64,000 bases of DNA from assembly GCA_965223005.1 (NCBI GenBank), contig CBDCVK010000010.1:512001-576000 (forward strand). The letters are read 5' to 3'. Below are positions 38,185-49,388 of the stretch, piece by piece (the first letter of the stretch is position 1; the number at the start of each line of letters is the position of its first letter). A model generated the notes under the pieces. It saw only the letters and a list, made by a program, of their open reading frames with translations, made no database searches and was not told the DNA's origin. Position numbers and translations under genes: made by a program. The stretch comes from Terriglobia bacterium. Its GTDB lineage: Bacteria > Acidobacteriota > Terriglobia > JAJPHL01 > JAPKYU01.

Positions 38185-38296
38185 CGCAGCCTGACCGCTG
38201 CAGCCACGGGCCTGGAATCTCCAGACCCTTGCTGAACTTGCAGGTGCAGGACCACCCGCTCAATCATTTAGAACTTCGACAGTACAAATTTCGATT

Positions 38297-38908
38297 TTAT
38301 TGTTTGTTGCAAGATTCCAAGTGTATTCGTAACTCTTGCCATTCCGGCACATCGCGCAAGGGAACTGCCAGTTCCAGCGGCGCCTGTACCTCGCGAAAGG
38401 CGTGGGGAGCCAGCGTGCCGCGCAGTTCAAACAAGAAGGAGGCCAGCGCCGTGCGATCCCGGCTTCCAGCCTGCCGCAGATCCACCCGACAAGAAAGATT
38501 CTCCAGTACCTCTCTGCTATGGTTGGTGACCAGGGCCATGACGCGGGCGCGTGCGGCCCGGTCGGTGTAAATCCGCACACCGGAAACCTCCACGGTCCCG
38601 CGAAGCGGCTCAGCGCGCTCCGGGGGTAACAGCACTAGCTGGGGCGTGGTGGGCGCTGCTGCGGGCACCGGGCGCGCACGCAATTGCCTCAAGGAAGCCA
38701 GCACCGAAGGCAGAGCCAGGTAGACGATAACGGCCAACAGCGCCAGGATTCCACCCATCACCGTCCAGCGCCGCGTCCCGGTCACGCGCACCCGAACACG
38801 CCTGCCGCCGGGCAAAGGTTGCTGACTGGGACGCCCGGCGCACTGCGGACACTCCGATACGGATACGTCCAAGACACGACCACAGCTGTTACAAATCCAC
38901 TGAAACAT
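38297..38908 (-). CDS. Membrane protein with N-terminal zinc ribbon and extracytoplasmic beta domain
   Basis: CNSC...CPQC, TM helix, Pro-rich linker. Confidence 0.65.
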   Translation of the reverse strand: MFQWICNSCGRVLDVSVSECPQCAGRPSQQPLPGGRRVRVRVTGTRRWTVMGGILALLAVIVYLALPSVLASLRQLRARPVPAAAPTTPQLVLLPPERAEPLRGTVEVSGVRIYTDRAARARVMALVTNHSREVLENLSCRVDLRQAGSRDRTALASFLFELRGTLAPHAFREVQAPLELAVPLRDVPEWQELRIHLESCNKQ

Positions 38909-39108
38909 GATTGCCTCTTCCGCGACCACGCTGGCGCTAGGGCATCCAGCATTTTACCGCCGCTCGCCAGCAAACGCGCCCCTTTCACCTTGACACCAAC
39001 TTGATATCGGAGCTATTCTGCAGTTGGCTGATTTGCGCCGCCGACCTCCCTCGGAACGGAGCAGTGGGCACCCTTTTCCGGGTGGCCAGCGGGGCCTGAG
39101 GAGGAGCC

Positions 39109-39459
39109 ATGGCCTCGACATCCTGTATCCTCGCTGTAGTCAGTGAACCCTCAGATTTCGCCACCCTTTCGGCACACTTACAACCCACTGGGCTTACACT
39201 GCACCGCGCGGATGGCCTGCTGGACGCCATCCTGCGCCAGGCTGATTCCCCAGCCAGCGTAATCCTCTGCGATGCCGACGGCCTGGATTGGAAGGAAGCG
39301 GTGAATCTGTTCCGGCGCATGAAAACACCCGGCGTGGAGACGCTGGACGCCGGCGCCTTTGACCTGTTGGAGAAACCCTACCGGCCCGAAGCCCTGTGCT
39401 GGGTGGTGTCTACTGCACTGAAGCGCCGCACGGCACAAGCCGCCAGCAGCGCGGCATAA
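39109..39459 (+). CDS. Single-domain response-regulator receiver, apparently internally deleted
   Basis: RBS GAGGAG, VILCD, GAFDLLEKPY. The beta4 segment expected between them is missing. Confidence 0.6.
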   Translation: MASTSCILAVVSEPSDFATLSAHLQPTGLTLHRADGLLDAILRQADSPASVILCDADGLDWKEAVNLFRRMKTPGVETLDAGAFDLLEKPYRPEALCWVVSTALKRRTAQAASSAA

Positions 39460-39531
39460 GAGTTCCCTCGGATTGCTCAGGCAACTACGCGGAGGCATCC
39501 CACTCAGGGGGGATGCTCTGCGCGACTGCCT

Positions 39532-39663
39532 CTACCGCGCCCGCCGCTTGTTCCTCACCTGGCTGGCCCGCAGCTTGGCTTTCTTGCGTTTCGGCTTGGA
39601 AATCAGAAAGGTGCCGCTGCCCATGTTCTTCGCCTGCCAGGTCTTTTTGGGTTCCTGAGCCAT
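39532..39663 (-). CDS. 43-aa highly basic small protein
   Basis: RBS GAGGA, MAQEPKKTWQAKNMGSGTFLISKPKRKKAKLRASQVRNKRRAR. Third codon positions are GC-rich. Below the ORF-track cutoff. Confidence 0.65.
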   Translation of the reverse strand: MAQEPKKTWQAKNMGSGTFLISKPKRKKAKLRASQVRNKRRAR

Positions 39664-39754
39664 TCAATGTCCTCTTCTTCAGGCGAGCTACAGGGCTCGC
39701 TTCGGGATTTTAATCTTACACTCTCTCACCCGACGCGTCCAGCGGGCGGTAGCC

Positions 39755-41032
39755 TCAATCGGGTACTCGGTAGATCGTTAGGCCGGAGAGAAGCTTCGGG
39801 TAGAAGTCGGTGGATTTCTGCGGGAGCACACCTCCACTGAAGGCGATCTCCCGCATTTGTTCAATCCGCACGGGATTGAGGAAGAAGCAGGCAGCCGCCC
39901 CGTCGGCCACTGCCTTGAGACCCACCTCAAATTCCCGTACGTACTCCAGGAACTTTTGCTCGCGGACGGCCCGCTCGTTGATCCCCAGGCAGCGGGCCAA
40001 GAGCAGACTGTGCAGCACCACCACGTCCAGGCCGCGCTGGGCGGGAGATAATTCAGCCAGCAAGATGGCCAGATCGGTCTCCGAGCGCAAGCGGAGCAGG
40101 AAAAAATCGGGGCCGCCCACGCCGGTAAGCGCGAGGCCGAGAGCCTGGCCGGCGCCATACGTAGCCAACCGCCGCCGACCTTCCTCCGGGCTCATCGGCA
40201 GAGATTCAAAATAACGCCCCACGGACTCCAGCAAAGCGGCTCGGTCCAAGCCCGGCAGCCGCGCCAGCAGGCGGTGGGTGGGCAGGATGGTCAGCCCCGG
40301 TGCCTCCATGTTCACCAAGGTCATCATTACCGCCTCGCACCTGCCACCGGAACGGTGTTCGGGCGAGCGCCGGCATTCCTCCCGAAAGGCCAGCGCTGTC
40401 TCGTAGCGGTGGTGGCCGTCAGCGATTAGCAGCTTCTTGTCGGCCATGGCCCGCTGGATGGCTTCAATGGCCGCAGGCCGTTCCTCACGCCACACTATGT
40501 GCTCGCCGCCATACTCGTCGCTCAGCCGAGTGAGCGGTTCGGCGGCCGTGGCTGTGTCCAGCAGGCGCTCCACTTCCCCAGCCGGGTCGGAATAGAGCAT
40601 AAAAAGCTGGCCGAAGTGAGCGCGAGTGGATCGCAGCAAATCCAGGCGATCCTGCTTGGGACCCGATAGCGTCTGCTCGTGACGGTACACTACGCCGGCC
40701 CGATACTCTTCCAGCCGGCCGGCGGCAACAAACCCCTTGCGAGTGAGCACCTGATCCGAACCGGGCACAGAGTACCTCTGAAAGTAAGGATAGATGGCAG
40801 GGGCGGGATCGGGTCGCAGCGCGCCCTCCGCCAGCCAGCTCTTCAGGCGTGCCCCCGCTCCGGCGTAGTCTGCGGTTTTGAGGACGTGCGCCAGGTTGTA
40901 CGGGCTCAGCCGCTGGTAGCGCGCCAACATCTCCGGAGTGATCTTGTCGTAAGGCTGGGTGATGACGCTCTCCAGGGGGCCTACCTTTTCTGTTACGTAA
41001 CGCAGAGCCGCGAAGGGGAAGACTTGGGCCAA
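39755..41032 (-). CDS. DUF1015 family protein
   Basis: PFAALRY, PYD, HEQT, IADGHHRYETA, LPQKSTDFYPKLLSGL. TTG start after GGAGGAG. Confidence 0.9.
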   Translation of the reverse strand: MAQVFPFAALRYVTEKVGPLESVITQPYDKITPEMLARYQRLSPYNLAHVLKTADYAGAGARLKSWLAEGALRPDPAPAIYPYFQRYSVPGSDQVLTRKGFVAAGRLEEYRAGVVYRHEQTLSGPKQDRLDLLRSTRAHFGQLFMLYSDPAGEVERLLDTATAAEPLTRLSDEYGGEHIVWREERPAAIEAIQRAMADKKLLIADGHHRYETALAFREECRRSPEHRSGGRCEAVMMTLVNMEAPGLTILPTHRLLARLPGLDRAALLESVGRYFESLPMSPEEGRRRLATYGAGQALGLALTGVGGPDFFLLRLRSETDLAILLAELSPAQRGLDVVVLHSLLLARCLGINERAVREQKFLEYVREFEVGLKAVADGAAACFFLNPVRIEQMREIAFSGGVLPQKSTDFYPKLLSGLTIYRVPD

Positions 41033-41070
41033 GGGTGCTCCTCCGTCAGGATGATACAATAGTCCGAGCG

Positions 41071-41778
41071 ATGCAGATTCGCCTGCTGATTTTCGATCTG
41101 GACGGCACGCTGATTGACTCGAAGCTCGACCTGGCGGTAGCGGTCAACGCCACCCGCGCTTCCGTGCATCTGCCTCCCATGGACGAGGAACGAATCTATT
41201 CCTACGTCGGCGAGGGCGCGCCCAAGCTGATCCGGCGGGCGATTGGGCCGAAGTTCACCGAGGAGGAGCTGTCGCGAGCGGTCGAGTTCTTCCTGGCCTA
41301 TTACCGCGACCACAAGCTGGATCACACGCGTTTGTATCCCGGCGTGCCCGAATCTCTGGAGGCGCTCAGCAACCGCATTCTGGCGGTGCTCACCAACAAG
41401 CCGGTGCGCATCAGCCGGGAAATTCTGGAAGAGCTGGGAGTTGCCAGCCGCTTCCGCCACGTCTTCGGGGGGAACAGTTTTACTACCAAGAAACCTCACC
41501 CGGAGGGTGTGTTCACCATCCTTCAAGACACCGGAGTTCCGCCCGAGCAGGCGATGATGGTGGGCGATTCCGGTGTGGATGTGCTCACCGGGCGCAACGC
41601 AGGCATCCAGACCTGTGGGGTCAGCTACGGCTTCGCGCCGGAAACCTTCGAGCAGCACCCACCTGACTTGATGGTGGACAGCCTCTCTGAGCTGGCAGCG
41701 CTGCTGAACTCAGCCCCATCGGAATCCGGTCCAACCTTGGCTGTTCCACTGATCCAGGAGAGCAAGCCCCTTCCTTAG
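41071..41778 (+). CDS. gph: HAD-family phosphatase (phosphoglycolate phosphatase-like)
   Basis: FDLDGTLIDS, LTNK, KPHP, MVGDSGVD. Confidence 0.85.
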   Translation: MQIRLLIFDLDGTLIDSKLDLAVAVNATRASVHLPPMDEERIYSYVGEGAPKLIRRAIGPKFTEEELSRAVEFFLAYYRDHKLDHTRLYPGVPESLEALSNRILAVLTNKPVRISREILEELGVASRFRHVFGGNSFTTKKPHPEGVFTILQDTGVPPEQAMMVGDSGVDVLTGRNAGIQTCGVSYGFAPETFEQHPPDLMVDSLSELAALLNSAPSESGPTLAVPLIQESKPLP

Positions 41779-41844
41779 AAGTTCCCGTTTCCGACAATCC
41801 ATCCTTAGGTGGGCCATCCTTAAGTGAGCCGGCCGGTCGCGGGA

Positions 41845-42159
41845 CTAGCGCGCGACGCGCTTCACGTGGGCCAATTCCCGGTGCTGCTCAGGCGAGATGA
41901 GCCCCAGTTCCAGCGCTTCATCCAGGATGTAGAGGACTTGGGGCGAGGTGGCAGCGGTGTGGGCGTAGAGGTTCCAATAGCGTTTGGAGCGCATCTGGTG
42001 CTGGTGGATCGCTTCGTCCACCGCAAACACAGTCCCCTCGCCCTCGCGCCAGCGCTGGATCGTCTCCTCCACCGGGGCCAGTGATCCCGCCAGCCGACGC
42101 TCGTGCACCTGCGCAATCACGGCGCGGATGCGCCTCTCCAGGCTTTTGGGAAGCGCCAT
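41845..42159 (-). CDS. Hypothetical protein
   Basis: ATG 42159 directly after the gpmI stop, typical codon usage. Confidence 0.65.
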   Translation of the reverse strand: MALPKSLERRIRAVIAQVHERRLAGSLAPVEETIQRWREGEGTVFAVDEAIHQHQMRSKRYWNLYAHTAATSPQVLYILDEALELGLISPEQHRELAHVKRVAR

Positions 42160-42160
42160 C

Positions 42161-43708
42161 TCAGGCGGAACCTGGCAACAGGCGCAGGTCGCTACCACTC
42201 ATCTCTTTCGGCTGTGGCAGGCCGAGCATGCTCAGGACCGTGGGAGCGATGTCGCGCAACGAGCCGTCGGCGCGCAGCTTCCAGGCGGAGGCGCCTTCGG
42301 CGGCGATCAGCAGCGGCACCGGGTTGGTGGTGTGGAAGGTGTGGGGACCACCGCTGGCTGGGTCCACCATGACCTCGGCATTGCCGTGGTCGGCGGTGAC
42401 GATCAGCGCGCCGCCTCTTTGTCGCAGCGCACGGTGAACCCGGCCCAGGCAGGCATCCACCGCTTCGACGGCCCGCGTCGTCGGCTCCAGTTTCCCGGAG
42501 TGGCCCACCATGTCGGCGTTGGCAAAATTGACCACCAGCAAGTCAAAGGAGCCGGCGGCCACCGCCTTCTCCACCGCCTCGGCGATCCCCTCCGCGCTCA
42601 TCTGCGGCATCAGGTCGTAGGTGGCCACCTTGGGGGACGGCACCAGCATGCGCTCCTCCCCGGCATAGGGTTTCTCCACGCCTCCGTTAAAAAAGTAAGT
42701 GACGTGCGCGTATTTTTCCGTCTCGGCCACGCGCAGATTCTTCAAACCCTCAGCGGCCAGGATCTGGGCCAGGATCTTGTCGGAGGATTGGGGCTGGAGC
42801 AGGAAGGGCACGTCCAGGGTCTTGTCGTAGCGGGTCATGCCCACGAAGAACAGGTCGCGGGGCACGGTCGAGCGCGGGGGCTGCTCCAGTTCGGGATCGG
42901 TGAGGGCGCGCGTCATCTGGCGGGCGCGGTCGGCGCGGTAATTGAAGAAGATGACCGCGTCGCCCTCGCGGATGCGAGCCAGCGGCTCGCCGCGTTCGTC
43001 GGTCAGCACGAGCGGTTCGATGAATTCGTCGGTGACGTCGTGCTCGTAACTGGCCCGGACCGCGGCCAGCGGATCGCGGGCGCGGAGGCCTTCGCCCAGC
43101 ACCATGGCGTTGTAGGCGCGCTCGATGCGCGGCCAGCGCTTGTCGCGATCCATGGCGTAGTAGCGCCCGTTGACGGTGGCGAGCTGCCCGACGCCGTAAG
43201 TGCGCATCCGTTGCTGGAGCTGCTCAAGGAACCCGGCGCCGCTGTGAGGCGGCGTATCGCGGCCGTCCATGAAGGCATGGACGAAGGTGCGCTCCACCTT
43301 GTTCTCGGCGGCCATGCGCAGCAGCGCATAGAGGTGCGTCAAGTGAGAGTGAACCCCGCCGTCGCTGACCAGACCCATCAGGTGCAACTGGCGCGGCCGG
43401 GCGCGCTCCATGGCCTGGAGCAGCAGCGGCTGACGAGACAACTCGCCGTTCTCAATCATCAGGTCCAGCCGGGTCACGTCCATGTTGATCACCCGGCCCG
43501 CGCCCATGTTGAGGTGGCCCACTTCGCTGTTGCCCATCTGCCCGTCGGGCAGGCCGACGGCCCGTCCCGAGGTATGGATCAGGGTGTGGGGGAAAGACGA
43601 GGTCAGCTCTTCCCAGGTGGGTTTGCGGGCCAGGGAGATCGCGTTGTTCTCCGCCTTGGGGCTGTGCCCCCACCCATCCAAGATCACCAACACCAGCGGC
43701 CGCGCCAT
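42161..43708 (-). CDS. gpmI: 2,3-bisphosphoglycerate-independent phosphoglycerate mutase
   Basis: [40 protein letters not shown]. Confidence 0.97.
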   Translation of the reverse strand: MARPLVLVILDGWGHSPKAENNAISLARKPTWEELTSSFPHTLIHTSGRAVGLPDGQMGNSEVGHLNMGAGRVINMDVTRLDLMIENGELSRQPLLLQAMERARPRQLHLMGLVSDGGVHSHLTHLYALLRMAAENKVERTFVHAFMDGRDTPPHSGAGFLEQLQQRMRTYGVGQLATVNGRYYAMDRDKRWPRIERAYNAMVLGEGLRARDPLAAVRASYEHDVTDEFIEPLVLTDERGEPLARIREGDAVIFFNYRADRARQMTRALTDPELEQPPRSTVPRDLFFVGMTRYDKTLDVPFLLQPQSSDKILAQILAAEGLKNLRVAETEKYAHVTYFFNGGVEKPYAGEERMLVPSPKVATYDLMPQMSAEGIAEAVEKAVAAGSFDLLVVNFANADMVGHSGKLEPTTRAVEAVDACLGRVHRALRQRGGALIVTADHGNAEVMVDPASGGPHTFHTTNPVPLLIAAEGASAWKLRADGSLRDIAPTVLSMLGLPQPKEMSGSDLRLLPGSA

Positions 43709-43718
43709 TGTTTTCTCG

Positions 43719-45080
<1,362 letters not shown>

Positions 45081-46334
45081 TCACTCGACGACGAACGCAA
45101 GTTCTTCCCCGAACTCCCGCGAGGCAGCCTCCCGCGGCACCACCACAATCCCCGAGTCGGTGACATGATAGCCGCGGGCCTGGTCCTGCTCCAAGTTAAA
45201 CCCGATCTCACTGTTCTCCGGAATCTGCACGTCGCGGTCAATGATCGCCCGGCGGATACGGCTGTAGCGTCCAACGTTCACCCCGGAGAACAGGATCGAG
45301 CTGTCGACCTCGGAGTAGCTGTTGATGCGCACCGAGTGCGACAGCACGCTGCTGATCACGCGGCCACCACTGACAATGCAACCCGAGCCGACGATGGAAT
45401 TCATGGCAACACCCACGCGGTGGCCTTCGTCGGCAAACACGAACTTGGCGGGAGGCGATTGCGGCTGGTAAGTCCGGATGGGCCAATGCTCATCGTAAAG
45501 GTTGAACACCGGGCTCACCGCCACCAGGTCCATGTTGGCTTCGTAGTAAGCGTCGAGGGTCCCCACGTCGCGCCAGTAAAGCTCTTTCTTGTTCTCATCA
45601 ATGAAGTCGAAGGCATGGACGCGGTACTGCCCAATGGCTCGCGGCAGGATATCATGGCCGAAATCGTGCGCGGAGGTGGCATCCTCGGCGTCCTGGCGCA
45701 GCGCTTCGACGAGCACCTGAGTATTGAAGACGTAGATGCCCATGGAGGCGCTGATCATCTCCGGATTATACGGGGAGCGCGACTGCGGAACCGCCGGCTT
45801 CTCCTCGAACCCGTTCACGCGCCCGTCGCCGTCCACCTCGACCACCCCGAAGCGGTAGGCCTGCTCGGCCTTTTCCTGAATCGTGCCCACCGTAATCTCG
45901 GCTCCGGACCGCACGTGCTGGGCCACCATCCTGGCATAATTCATCTTGTAGATGTGGTCGGCGGCCAGAACCAGTGCGTAGCGCGGCTCTTCCTGTCCTA
46001 CGATGCTGTACAGGTTTTGATAGACGGCGTCGGCGGTCCCCAGATACCAATCTTCACTGATCCGCTTCGTGGGCGGCAGGACCTCGATGAACTCGCCCAA
46101 CTGCGGCGCCAAGATGCTCCAACCCTCGCGGAGGTGGCGATTGAGCGACAGCGCCTTGTACTGAGTCAAGATGAAGATGCGGCGCAGTCCGGAATTAATG
46201 CAATTGCTGAGGGTAATATCAATGATGCGGTAGCTGCCCCCAAAAGTGACGGCTGGCTTGGCGCGGTCACGGGTCAGCGGGTATAGCCGCTCGCCGGCGC
46301 CTCCCGCCAGCAGAAGAGTCAACACCTGATTCAT
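45081..46334 (-). CDS. glgC: Glucose-1-phosphate adenylyltransferase
   Basis: LAGGAGERLYPLT, RAKPAV, GTADAVYQN, DHIYKM, FEEKP, YWRDVGT. Start ATG 46334. Confidence 0.95.
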   Translation of the reverse strand: MNQVLTLLLAGGAGERLYPLTRDRAKPAVTFGGSYRIIDITLSNCINSGLRRIFILTQYKALSLNRHLREGWSILAPQLGEFIEVLPPTKRISEDWYLGTADAVYQNLYSIVGQEEPRYALVLAADHIYKMNYARMVAQHVRSGAEITVGTIQEKAEQAYRFGVVEVDGDGRVNGFEEKPAVPQSRSPYNPEMISASMGIYVFNTQVLVEALRQDAEDATSAHDFGHDILPRAIGQYRVHAFDFIDENKKELYWRDVGTLDAYYEANMDLVAVSPVFNLYDEHWPIRTYQPQSPPAKFVFADEGHRVGVAMNSIVGSGCIVSGGRVISSVLSHSVRINSYSEVDSSILFSGVNVGRYSRIRRAIIDRDVQIPENSEIGFNLEQDQARGYHVTDSGIVVVPREAASREFGEELAFVVE

Positions 46335-46576
46335 GTCGTTTCCGGCCAGAGGACCTTCTTGCCCAGGCTGGTTCGGGCAGCGTTCACCGCAACTCCCTCC
46401 GGCGGCCTGGGCCGACAGGGTGCGCCAAGCGGAAAATCCCCTCGCTAGCTTACCGCACAACATGGTTTCAAAGCCACGCCCAGCAACCCGAAACCCGTCC
46501 ACAACTCCAGCGGGTTTCGCCTGCTGCTATTCGATTTCAGATCTGTCACTTACAAACAAGACGGCGCAGAATTCCC

Positions 46577-46604
46577 TTGACTTCAGTCGGTAAACGCCTA
46601 TGAT
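46577..46604 (+). promoter_or_regulatory. Putative sigma70 promoter of rpsU
   Basis: TTGACT-N16-TATGAT. Confidence 0.5.
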
Positions 46605-46649
46605 TAGCTACCGAAGCTAACTCTACAGTAGCGAGGAGGTGTTTTCCGA

Positions 46650-46847
46650 GTGGCCGAAATCAGGGTGCAAGAGGGAGAATCCCTTGAGAACGCCCTGCGC
46701 CGGTTCAAAAGGAAGGTGCAGCAGGAAGATATTATTAAGGAAGTCAGGCGGCATTCCTTCTATTTGAAACCCGGCGAAAAGCGTCGAACGAAGCAAGCCT
46801 TGGCCAGGAAGCGAAACCGCAAGAAGATGCGGCGCGAACAAGAGTAG
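46650..46847 (+). CDS. rpsU: 30S ribosomal protein S21
   Basis: ESLENALRRFKRKV...FYLKPG. RBS GAGGAGGT. Confidence 0.97.
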   Translation: MAEIRVQEGESLENALRRFKRKVQQEDIIKEVRRHSFYLKPGEKRRTKQALARKRNRKKMRREQE

Positions 46848-47146
46848 CGTCGCCAAGTATGGGTTCTCCGTTCTCTGTGCTGTTGTTTGAACTGGCTAAC
46901 AACCCAGGTCGCCGTGGGCAGCGTGCTGCGCCCCTGGGGTAAGTGAATGCTTCCGGGAGTTGCATATTCTTCAAGCTGTTTACAGGTTTCCCGCGGGCGG
47001 GAAAAAGGCAACCCAAAGGCTGGCAGCACCTTGCGGGGGGATTTTTGTCCCGATTCGGCTCCCTTCTCAAAGCAGAGCTGGGCGCCGAACAGGTCGGAGC
47101 TGCTGGCCGATGACTCGAAACATGGGCTAGAGGGGGCGTGTGTCCA

Positions 47147-47449
47147 ATGGTCGAATACGCGGACAGGATCTTGAACTGCGTGGATTGCGGTGCGGAGTTC
47201 GTCTTCACCGCCGGGGAACAACTGTTTTTCGCCGACAAAAACTTTAAGAACGAACCAAAACGCTGCAAGGCGTGCAAGGGCAAACGAAATACCGCCTTGG
47301 GGGGTGCCGGCCACGTCCGGGTGGAAACCACCACAAAGTGTCATAATTGTGGGAGAGAAACCACCGTTCCTTTCAAGCCCACTCAGGGGCGTCCGGTCTA
47401 CTGCCGGGAGTGCTACCAGCAACGTCGCACGGCCTCGGCGGCAGTCTGA
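47147..47449 (+). CDS. Double zinc-ribbon protein (CxxC-x17-CxxC type)
   Basis: CVDCGAEFVFTAGEQLFF...PKRCKAC and CHNCG...VPFKP...PVYCREC. Confidence 0.9.
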   Translation: MVEYADRILNCVDCGAEFVFTAGEQLFFADKNFKNEPKRCKACKGKRNTALGGAGHVRVETTTKCHNCGRETTVPFKPTQGRPVYCRECYQQRRTASAAV

Positions 47450-47544
47450 AGTCGTACCCTGGCTAATTCAAGGTTGCCGACAACCTCTTAAGGTGACTGC
47501 TCTGTTGACGGTCGCTGGGGCTCATCCCATCTAGAATCAAAAAC

Positions 47545-48918
47545 ATGCCCAGCTTTTTCGTGCAAAACTTTGGCTGCCGAGCTACCCAGGCCGATGGCGC
47601 GGCCCTGGAGCACGAACTGGCGACTCGCGGCTTGGCCCGCGCCGCCGAGGCCCGTACGGCGGACTTGGTGGTGCTAAATACCTGCACGGTGACTGCCTCG
47701 GCCGACGAGGATGCCCGCCAGGCCATCCGACGCCAGTTCCGCAACAATCCCGGTTGCCGCATCCTGGTCACTGGCTGCTATGCCCAGCGCGCGCCGAACG
47801 AGCTGGCTGCGCTTCCCGGAGTGACCTGGGTGGTCGGGAATTCGCACAAGACCCGGATCGGGGAGATTGTGGCGGGCAGCGAAACTCAGGTGCCTTTGTC
47901 GGCGCTCGGCAGGGCGCCAGCCCCGACAGCTTCGCCAGATCCGGAAGCTCCGCCAGATCCGGAAACTCCGCAGGTCATCACCGGGGACATCTTCGCCCAC
48001 ACCCAGCTGCTGGCAGCGCCCGTTTTTGGCGCCGGGGCCGAGCGCACCCGGCCGAACGTGAAAATTCAGGACGGGTGCAACAACCGCTGCTCGTTCTGCA
48101 TCATCCCCGCAGTGCGCGGGCGCAGTCGAAGCCTGCGGCCGGAGGCCGTCCTCGCGCAGGTGCGCGCGCTGGAGCGCGCCGGCTACCGCGAGATTGTCCT
48201 CACCGGCATCAACCTGGGCCGCTACGGCCGCGACCTGGAGCCCCGCCTTAGTTTCCTGGCCATGATGCGCGCCATCCTGAGCGAGACGGTAATCGAGCGC
48301 ATCCGACTCAGCTCGGTCGAGCCGCTGGACTTTACCAACGAGCTTCTGGAGCTGATGGCCAGCTCCTCCCGGATCGCCCGGCACGTGCACGCACCGCTGC
48401 AAAGCGGCTCGGACCGCGTACTGCGCCGCATGCGCCGCCGCTACCGCACCGCGCACTATGAGCAACGCCTGTGGCGTGCGCACCAACTGCTGCCCGAGGC
48501 AGCCTTCGGTGCCGACGTAATGGTCGGCTTCCCCGGAGAAACCGACGAGGACTTTGAGCAGACCCGGGCGTTAGTAGAGCGCCTGCCCTTCACCTACCTG
48601 CACGTGTTCACCTACTCGCGCCGAGAGGGGACTCCGGCCGCTGCGATGGCGGATCAGGTGCCCGCCCGCGTGGCCCGGGAGCGCAACCGCCTCTTGCGCG
48701 AGCTGGCCGCGCGGAAGAATCTGGAATTTCGCCGTCGCCAGGTGGGGCGCCTCCTGGCGGTCATCACGCTTGAGGGCAGCTCGCTTGGGGGCAACCCGGC
48801 TCTCAGCGACAACTACCTGAAGGTTCGCCTGCGCGGATCGCGGCTCGGGCCCAACCGCCTCGTGGAGGCACTGATCACTGACGTCGAAGAACCAGGCCTG
48901 GCGGGCGTGGTCTTCTAG
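47545..48918 (+). CDS. mtaB: tRNA t6A methylthiotransferase (radical SAM)
   Basis: NFGC, NTCTVT, VTGCYAQ, KIQDGCNNRCSFC, LQSGSD, HVFTYS. Confidence 0.9.
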   Translation: MPSFFVQNFGCRATQADGAALEHELATRGLARAAEARTADLVVLNTCTVTASADEDARQAIRRQFRNNPGCRILVTGCYAQRAPNELAALPGVTWVVGNSHKTRIGEIVAGSETQVPLSALGRAPAPTASPDPEAPPDPETPQVITGDIFAHTQLLAAPVFGAGAERTRPNVKIQDGCNNRCSFCIIPAVRGRSRSLRPEAVLAQVRALERAGYREIVLTGINLGRYGRDLEPRLSFLAMMRAILSETVIERIRLSSVEPLDFTNELLELMASSSRIARHVHAPLQSGSDRVLRRMRRRYRTAHYEQRLWRAHQLLPEAAFGADVMVGFPGETDEDFEQTRALVERLPFTYLHVFTYSRREGTPAAAMADQVPARVARERNRLLRELAARKNLEFRRRQVGRLLAVITLEGSSLGGNPALSDNYLKVRLRGSRLGPNRLVEALITDVEEPGLAGVVF

Positions 48919-48948
48919 GCCAACCAAGACAAGTAAGGTCCCGAGCCT

Positions 48949-49326
48949 TCAATCTTCCAGGATCACCTGGGCCACGGCCTGCGTCTGGGTGTGGGTGAGC
49001 GATAAGGCGACGTTGCGCACCTTGTGCTTCTGGGCGATGCGCGCGGCCACTCCCGAAAGCCGCAGTTCCGGTTTCCCCCCGCGCTGGTTCACCACCTCCA
49101 GGTCACGCCACCGCACGCCGCCCCGCCAGCCGACCCCCAGGGCTTTCATGCCAGCCTCCTTGGCCGCAAAGCGGGCGGCGTAACGCTCGAAGCGATTCTT
49201 GTGGCGCTCGCAGTATTCGATCTCGCGCGCGGTGAAGACGCGCTCCAGAAAGCGCTGGCCGTGCCGGGTCACAGCCTGTTCCAGGCGCGCAACCTCGGCC
49301 ACGTCAATGCCGGTGCCGACGATCAT
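48949..49326 (-). CDS. acpS: Holo-ACP synthase
   Basis: GTGID, ARFAAKEA, GKP, LSLTH. Confidence 0.96.
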   Translation of the reverse strand: MIVGTGIDVAEVARLEQAVTRHGQRFLERVFTAREIEYCERHKNRFERYAARFAAKEAGMKALGVGWRGGVRWRDLEVVNQRGGKPELRLSGVAARIAQKHKVRNVALSLTHTQTQAVAQVILED

Positions 49327-49388
49327 TTTGTTCCCAAGAACTTCACCCCAAGCACTTCATGAGGCTGCGAGCTATTATAACGAGCAGG

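Noticed and set aside
39485-39667. 60-aa ORF in the track (MNGSGTQK...)
   Set aside because: The overlapping 43-aa frame (39532..39663) has an ATG start, better SD spacing and host-like codon bias.
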